Assembly (NCBI GenBank): GCA_016748015.1
Contig: JAAOMT010000319.1
Coordinates: forward strand, 19,778-83,777
Length of the DNA: 64,000 nt
Direction of reading: 5' to 3'
Source: Geosiphon pyriformis uo1
Taxonomy: Eukaryota > Fungi > Glomeromycota
Under the pieces are notes generated by a model. The model made no database searches. It was not told the origin of the DNA and saw only the letters and a list, made by a program, of their open reading frames with translations. This document shows positions 56,454 to 64,000 of this stretch, piece by piece. The stretch's first letter is position 1. Each line of letters begins with the position of its first letter. Made by a program: the position numbers and the translations under genes.

Positions 56454-57498
56454 TCAGGTCCCAGTTTTTTTCTTTTGGGCAACGAGAACCATATCAACCT
56501 GATAGGCCATTCCGTCATCACGATTGGCCCAATGATCAGATCCTGGAACTGCATGATATTTGGGAAACAAATATTCGTGCTGCTTGCGTTTCTCAGCCAT
56601 TGAGATATTGAATTTCTGGTCACGTTTCAAAACTTTGGCCATATCAACTTGATCATCTTTTAAAGGCGACATCATGAGCTGAGCAGGGCCTGTTTTGCTA
56701 AGAATTTAATGACATGCAAGATTGGTTCGTGGTATCACAATGTAAAAACAAAAAACATACCGATAGGTAACTCGTCACCACGATCAACTTGCCATAATTG
56801 CCAAAACTTCAAAATGAAAGATTTGATCAACCACTCATCAAAAGAGCAATTCAAATCAGTTTCTTACCTTCCCATAAGTATTAATCAATTCCTCCATTTC
56901 CTTATTTTCAGCATAATTGGCAACAACAGTGGGCACTAGCGGAGACATGGGAGTGATTAAAAGACCAGATTGAGCTTCGTAAACATGAGAGTGCCAATAT
57001 TTTCTTTCTTCATCTGGAAGATTGAGAAATCCTCTCGCATTGATGATATACTCGACACCAATCAATCTCGCATTTTTGTCGTTTGAGTCGTAGATCACAC
57101 ATTGAAGGAAGTCTTCGTTTAGGTGGGTGCAGTACTGATAAGCTTCAATTTGACGATTCATGTCGTGCCTTTTTATTAATGTTTAAAAGCAACATTGTGA
57201 ATAAACAAAAAATCGACATCTGTTTATAGCGTTCCAAGAAGAGGAGTCTCATTTTTGTATATTACGCATAAAAAGGAAAGTGGCAAAAATGCTCGCTGAT
57301 TTTTTGAATTGGTTCGAAGCTTTGAGTGGCACCAGTCTCGGTTTCAAGGATACTTGTAACCCATGAAATTTTCTCGCCAGGAACTTTCGGACGCTATATT
57401 GAAAATCGATTTATAATGAACACATGGAAGTGAGGTAGAAAATCTCGAGTTAGAAAAGAGCAACATACAGGTCCATCGGTAGAAGTTCCGGCATTCAT
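56454..57498 (-). CDS. DUF1264 / oil-body-associated protein (OBAP) family, multi-exon
   Basis: MNAGTSTDGP|RPKVPGEK...QSFEPIQKISEHFCHFPFYA|HDMNRQIEA...QCVIYDS...ARLIGVEYII...ERKYWHSHVYE...NTYGK|...WQVDRGDELPI|GPAQLMMS. Confidence 0.88.
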
Positions 57499-58122
57499 GC
57501 TGGAAATTTTGTAAACTGAGGGACTTGATAATTATTGGATACGTGGTCAAAAATCTTGAAACAACTTCAGGGAGATGAATTGTTTATAAAAATATTTAAC
57601 GACGTCAGAAATAATCTTGATTTTAATAAAACCTTGAAACTCGCATGATTGTATAACAATTTAGCTTGATCGTTTTCGGTGACCAAAAATTCAAGCATCA
57701 AAAATTAGGCAGATAAATTGATTTAATGGGAGGTTGGGTGATGTTGAGTTAATTAGATCAACGATTACAACTTGATGATACTTGGTTGGGATCAATTTTA
57801 TCAGCTTTAAAAATAAAAGATTAAATTTGATTCAGTTATTGAAAATTTGCCAATTTAGAAACTTTTGAATTTAAAAGGTAATTAGATAAAATAATATTTT
57901 ATAAAAAATAGAAAAAAGAGTAGAAAGAATATTTGTTTATTATGATTATTGATCACTAAAAATAAGTCCTTTAACTTATTTTATGTAATAACTATTAAAA
58001 ATAATGAAATATCATTATCTTGAGGAATTTAAAAAGATATTTGGAAAGCAGAAACAAAATATAATTAATTGCAGAAATAATTAATTTAAAGTTTTCGTTG
58101 TTAATAGATTTTATAACTTGTA

Positions 58123-58167
<45 letters not shown>
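58123..58167. repeat. (TAT)n microsatellite
   Basis: About 14 TAT units. Confidence 0.9.
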
Positions 58168-58168
<1 letters not shown>

Positions 58169-59439
58169 TATAACATGACAAAGTGAAAATGAATTCAGAA
58201 TAAATATTTAGAAAACGTATTTTTTTGGCGCTTTTAATTGTAAAATTTTTATACATTTTAATATTTTATTAATATAATATTTTGGATTTGACATTATTAT
58301 ACTTTTTGATTATTAAGCCCAAAACTTTATAGAAATTGCTCATAACATAAACATTCCTGGGAGAAAAAGTTTAATGAAGAAGCATTAACTTTTTAATTTA
58401 TTGAACTATTATCTAAAAGTTGAATAATTATGTTAAAATTTAATTGTGTAGGAAATTAAAAGCTTATTCTCAATAATAATTTCTTCACTAAAGTATTCCA
58501 ACTTTAAACGATGCGCAACCTGAGTTACAGTAATTGAACACCTTTCATTTTTGTATCTTTTATATGGGGTGTGTTGCAACAAAACTAGACAAAGTGAACT
58601 TCAAGCAATTATGGCTTTAGTTATTGAAAATGCCTTTATCTTTATCTTTTCGCTGGCTTCCTCCTCAGCACTCAAAATATCATTGGTGTTGTCCCAGCTG
58701 TCACCAAGATAGCTGGAATTAGTCACAAAGAAGATGTTCAACTTGAATTACTTTTACCTCAGAGCTTGGTATGACGTTGTAGCCATCAAACGGGTTCATT
58801 CCTAGTGCTCAGCAAGGAGGATCAGCTACACCACAAGAGGAGGAGATGCAAAAGTGGCAGTGAACATTGTTCATTTCGGGGTCTCTATCATCCTCTCGTC
58901 TGACCACCAACCACGTCCTCCTTTTCGCCACGATGCTAATCACACAAGGTGCAACCTTGCAAACGAACTCCTTTCAGTCGTGACACCAGAATTGGTTCCC
59001 CGCGACTTCATTCGAGATGAATGAATATGTTAAGAAGGGAGATTTTGAATTTTTCATTTTCTTGGCCTCTTTATTCCACATGCTCCCTTTTTCTGGTTTT
59101 GTTGTAGCACTCCCCATATAAAAAGAACATAAGATACGTGACTTGGATTCAAAAATAGTGGTCCCAACTGGTCAACAAAATTTGATTTTAAATTCAGTTT
59201 TTAATTTTAGCCACCAAATTTCTTATAATATTTAATTTTTATGGCTCTATTGGGCTATATTATGATTAAAAATATCTCTCAAAACAATAAGACATGGATT
59301 ATGTTTAAAATGAGAATTAGGTAAATTTTAAATCTAAACCTTAATATATTTAAACCTTTGTTAATACAAGTTTCTTTATATTGATCGTCATGTGCTTATC
59401 ATTTGAAAAATTTAACTATTTGCAAAACAAGCAAAAAGT

Positions 59440-60240
59440 TTGCTATTAAATTAAAAAATTAAGACAATAGGCAAAAAAGACGAGTTAAATTGGAGATTAA
59501 TAAAACTTCTCTGGCCATAGTTTCACAACTATTACATAGCATTTGCCAAAGATTTAGAAGAAAAACAAAAAAAACTTTGATGGTTTGTTCTGTATCAATG
59601 CATCAAAACCAATTAGTCTCTCAACACTATTAGCATGATTGACAAAACTTATTTTATATTAATTAGTCTATCCAAACACAATTAAATAATGTGGGATTCA
59701 AACTAACAATATTTAACCAAAAGTTTTTTTACCATTATTATTGAATACTTAACAGATATAACTTATTGTTTCCAGTTTATATTTTCATGTTAAAAAAGAT
59801 GTGGTTGATTAAAATGTATTATCGAAAAATAATATTTTGGCAATCTAACTTCTCTTCTAGCTCTTGATTCATTTAGAAAGCATCTGGTGGACTATATTAA
59901 AGATCAATCTCAAAAAAAAATAGAAATTTGACTTTTATTATTGAAGTACTTACAACCATTAGATATTTTGATGAATAAAAGTTTCAGAGTTAAGTTTTGT
60001 AGTGTCTTTTTTAAAAAATTGTTCAAAAGTTGGCATTCAATATACAAAATGAAATTTGAAAAAATTAATCAACTTATTTTTGCGGGTCGTATCAAAAAGC
60101 CATCCTATGTTTTGCTGGCATGGAAATTTTTTATACTTTTAGTTAAGCAATCATTTAAGTAGTGCAATGTCTCGATTGTCTGCAATGCATATACAAATAT
60201 AATTGAATGTTTGACTATGAAAATGAAAACACATGATAAC
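59440..60240 (+). mobile_element. Degenerate pogo/Tc5-type (DDE_1) transposase
   Basis: LLALDSFRKHLVDYIK, KYLQPLDILMNKSFRVKF, FAGRIKKPSY, LVKQSFK*CNVS; many stops. Confidence 0.7.
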
Positions 60241-61051
60241 GAATAAGTCTTGACAGATTGCTACAAAAGGATTAAAAAGAGCCGATAGAACTCCTTTCTG
60301 AAAAAAAGATTTGCTTCCAATTAAAAAAACCTAAAGATTATATTTGAGTAGGTAAATATATCGTTCACAATTAATAAAAAATGAGAGAAAAGTCATTTAT
60401 GCTTGATTTTTATTTAATTTGCGGTATTGGGCATCCTTAAGTATAAATAATCAAGGTAATTCTTTTTAAAAGCCTAATTATTAAGATAACGTTTGACTCA
60501 TTGATTGATTTTTCGCTGTTTTTTTAATGTTTATTTTAGATTTCTGGCAACATGAAAATTAAAATAATAATGTATGTGAGAAATCAATTATTATTTGATA
60601 TAAATGATATATTTTTTCCTAATATCCAAATTAAAATTTGCCCAAGAGCCTGGTCGAAGCTTTTTTCAAAAACTTCAATTAGTACGAGAAACATATTTTC
60701 CATAATATAACTGGTTATATGTCTGAAAATAGTATTATAAAATTAGAATGAGTGAAAATAGATAAACTAAAATGCATCTACAATTTTTAATCTTTATAAC
60801 CATTCACTATACACTGAATTTAGTTAACTAAAAAACCTTTCTTTGTAAGATAGGTTCTGATGTAGTTGTGCAACGCCAGTAAGCTCATCAGCAAAAAATA
60901 CGATTGGTTCCACTAAATCGTTATTAAAAAAGTCCTTTGGACGCTCAATTTATGATTAAGCTGAAAAATGTGTATTCGAAACTCGATATAATTCAATTGT
61001 AAGGAAGAGGAATCATCTCGAGATTCACTTTTAAATTGATTAACATTTTAT

Positions 61052-62134
61052 TTAGTTACCACCAAAAAGAAAGTTTTTCAACTGAGCCAAATATTGCTCC
61101 ATATAGGAAAGATCTCTCTCTAAATTAAAAAAAAGATGTTCGAAATGCGGAAATTGTTTAAATCGGGGAGCATGGTTTTGAATTGCGCTAGCTTGGTTAT
61201 ACACGGAAAAAGAGTTTGGGCTATTATTATTATAAATATTTTGCTGGCCAGCGATATGTTCTTGGTGATTATTCAGTCTACTAAAAACAAAACCTTTTAA
61301 ATGAGCTAGATCTTGTTTCATATTGAAAAAGTTTCTCTCTACATTTAGAAAATGATTTAGAAGAATAAAGTTGGGATTTTGTTCAAAATTCGGGCAAGGC
61401 AGACCAGGGATACATTCTTGATGATTGTTGATTAGTCTTTTATTAAATTCGTGAGGGATATTTTGAGCGAAGTGATCTACAGTTTCACAATTTGAACTTT
61501 GTTGAATAGAATTTGAGTTGAAAGGTGCTTGCATTAGATTTTGTGAATTGGAATGCTGATTTGATTGAATTACTAACGATCTTAAAGGGGCTGATGTAAA
61601 ACTAGTTCCATAATTTACTGGTCTTTGATTAGGTTCGTGAGAGTTATTCTGTTGTAGCATTCGAGCCAAAGGATGCACAATTCCAAAACTTGAACTTTGT
61701 TGAGTAGAATCAGAGTTGAAAGGGGTTTGCATTAAATTTTGTGAATTTGATTGCTGGTTTGATTGAATTTCTAATGATTCTAAAGAGGCCAATGTAGAAC
61801 TAGTTACATGGTTTACCGGTCTTTGATCATGTTCGTGACAATTATTTCGTTGTAGCCTTTGAGCAAAATGATCTACGATTGCAAAACTTGAACTTTGTTG
61901 AGTAGAATCTGAGTTGAAAGGTGATTGCATTAAATTTTGTGAATTAAATTGCTGGTTTGATTGATTTTCTAACAGTCCTAAAGAAACCGAAGGATCATGG
62001 TTTAATGAAGACGTGAAACTAGAACCATTAAAGCCATTATAATTAGAGAAATTCATACGGGAATTATGACCATTTATTCTCAAGGGTTGTTGGTTGTCGA
62101 CAAAGTTGTTATAATTAGAAAGTTGCTCTTCCAT
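61052..62134 (-). CDS. Orphan N/Q/S-rich repeat protein, copy 3 (360 aa)
   Basis: Intact ORF with three ~66-aa repeats and two C-terminal helix modules. Confidence 0.78.
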   Translation of the reverse strand: MEEQLSNYNNFVDNQQPLRINGHNSRMNFSNYNGFNGSSFTSSLNHDPSVSLGLLENQSNQQFNSQNLMQSPFNSDSTQQSSSFAIVDHFAQRLQRNNCHEHDQRPVNHVTSSTLASLESLEIQSNQQSNSQNLMQTPFNSDSTQQSSSFGIVHPLARMLQQNNSHEPNQRPVNYGTSFTSAPLRSLVIQSNQHSNSQNLMQAPFNSNSIQQSSNCETVDHFAQNIPHEFNKRLINNHQECIPGLPCPNFEQNPNFILLNHFLNVERNFFNMKQDLAHLKGFVFSRLNNHQEHIAGQQNIYNNNSPNSFSVYNQASAIQNHAPRFKQFPHFEHLFFNLERDLSYMEQYLAQLKNFLFGGN

Positions 62135-62220
62135 AGCTATATTTAATATAATAAGTGCAATGATTAATAACTGCTAATATCGTTTTTTATTATAACTGCT
62201 TAACGGTATTTATATACAAT

Positions 62221-62510
62221 GGCAATTATAAGCAAAGGACAGAATCAAAACGATCTACATGTGCGTGTAACCGGCAATTATAAACAAAGGACAGAATCAA
62301 AACGATCTACATGTGCCGGCAATTATATATGCAAGAGTAGCGACTAAATTTTGTCTCAGCTTACTTTTGTACTTCCCCAAAAAGCACCGTGCCCAGAGTC
62401 TTATTTGTTCAAACCATCCCGGTGTATCAAAGATGCGTGATTCAATTCTTTACCTGATTAATCATCTCTATGAATCAGGAAAAGAGTAGCGACTAAATTT
62501 TGTCTCAGCC
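62221..62510. repeat. Short direct repeats upstream of N/Q gene copy 3
   Basis: GGCAATTATAA(G/A)CAAAGGACAGAATCAAAACGATCTACATGTGC twice plus a partial third; AAGAGTAGCGACTAAATTTTGTCTCAGC at ~62333 and ~62482. Confidence 0.85.
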
Positions 62511-63768
62511 CTTTATAAAAAAAACTAAATGTATCTTAGTGAATAGAAATCAAAAATCTAATAAGTTTGATATATAATTTAATAAATCATAAGAAATCAA
62601 TATTAACTTTAGTTTTTTAATTTAATAAATTTTGGTTATTTTTGAATCAAGAGTTATTTGAATTTGCTTTAATTAATAAAATATTGGATAAATTGTTAGC
62701 ATTAAAAAATTTTAAAAAAAAATTATCTTCAGTCATCAAATTCAAGTTCGAATTCTCAAGGATCATCGGAAAAAACATTATAAAAACGAAGTTAAATAAG
62801 CTCTTTCATATTAAGAAATAAGAGTAAAGAGATTAGGATTTTTAATCTTTCTTCGAATTTGAAAAAAGTAACTCATTTAAACAATATCACCGATTTATCG
62901 CAAATTAGCAACACACACTGAAAATCTATATTAGAATAAATTAAATTAATCCTATATTTTAAACAACATGGAATGCTTATTTTTCGCGCAAAAATTGACA
63001 ATGAAAATGTGGATGAAACTATTCTAATTTCGGAATTATAATAGGCTGTTTAATATTCATTTTCATAATGATAATGACTTTTTATTAAAAGTAATCGACA
63101 CACAAATGGTAACACTTGAAAGTTGGAGAATTCACTTAATTTTAAGTTATTCCAATATACTGCTTGCTTTTCAAACTCAAAATTCTCTAAGTAATTCAAT
63201 AACCATTAAATTCACATTTTTTTCAAGTGATAAAACGCAAATTCAAAACTTTTTATGATTAAGCCAATAAGAAATAATAATCTTCGATTTAATGTCAGGC
63301 CTTTCTAATAGGAACTAGTAAATGTACAGTGTTTGGCAAAAAATTCCCATGATACTTTGTTAGGGAATTAATCCAAAAAATTCTGAAGCTAGTTAATATT
63401 ATAAATTTAAACTTAAGAGTGTTATATATTGATTGACATTGCTGCTGTTACAGGAATGGATTCTTGGTGCTTTAAGTATCAGTTTCATGAGTTAAGTTCA
63501 TGGCAAAAATACAAGTGGCCATCCTTCACGTTTTTACTAACCTCATAGAATTGCAAAAAACAAATCAAGAAAAATGAAATTCAATTTCTCTAAAGATTCT
63601 GTGCAATTTTTGTATAGAGCATGACTCGCCCAATAAAAGTTGTTATGACAGCAAATGGGGATGCAATACATTACTAGTCTATCTTATATACATAAAATGG
63701 TAAAAAAAATATTAGATTGTATTTATTATTGGGACTTTCAATAAATTCAATAGACCTATTAAAAACTA

Positions 63769-64000
63769 CAGAGGGTGTCCAAAAGTTCCCGAACAAGATT
63801 TTATTTAACAATAATATTTATTTTTTTATAAAATAAAACAAAATAAACAACATATTTATAATTTTATAGTAATTTTCTAAATTTTTCCATTAAGTGTTAC
63901 TAAACGTTTAAGTCGGCGATATTTTTGGTGAGTAAATAAACGTGGACGTCCTGAACGAGGTCTTGAATCAATTGAACCAGTTTCTTTAAATCGTTTTATT
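63769..64000 (-). mobile_element. End of an internally deleted Tc1/mariner element, running out of the window
   Basis: TA+CAGAGGGTGTCCAAAAGTTCCCG terminus; minus strand reads IKRFKETGSIDSRPRSGRPRLFT (GRPR linker) only ~150 nt from the end. Confidence 0.7.

Noticed and set aside
62221-62510. CRISPR-like repeat-spacer array
   Set aside because: Only two copies per repeat, irregular spacing, eukaryotic context and no cas genes.
63325-63700. TA+CAGTGTTTGGCAAAAAATTCCC as a further Tc1 terminus
   Set aside because: No matching second TIR or readable transposase found.

Overview
Very AT-rich, intron-containing fungal nuclear DNA. The expanded tyrosine-kinase-like (TKL) family, gene types and composition suggest Glomeromycotina (inference, no search run). 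Apparently intact genes: two tandem MGxC-start SAM methyltransferases, a Git3/cAMP-receptor-like GPCR, a secreted phosphoesterase, one TKL kinase, tRNA-Lys(UUU), a GPI-type Ser/Thr-rich protein, a DUF1264/OBAP protein, and two of three copies of an orphan N/Q-rich repeat family. Decayed material: six more TKL kinase copies, Tc1/mariner, pogo and hAT elements, an F-box/PP2-like relic, and a contiguous 8.5-kb block of broken housekeeping genes (TMEM70/186-like, CCA1, TSR2, an unknown gene, MPK1/SLT2). Most notable: (1) an intact, intron-free 89-aa ORF resembling a bacterial polymorphic-toxin domain (Ntox37-like) that begins exactly at the catalytic loop of a truncated TKL kinase; (2) strongly eroded repeat tracts (about 11% GC in a 300-bp sample) whose surviving cytosines are mostly in ApC context, unlike classic CpA RIP; (3) the modular prion-like N/Q family lying beside the kinases. 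All family assignments come from motif recognition by eye.
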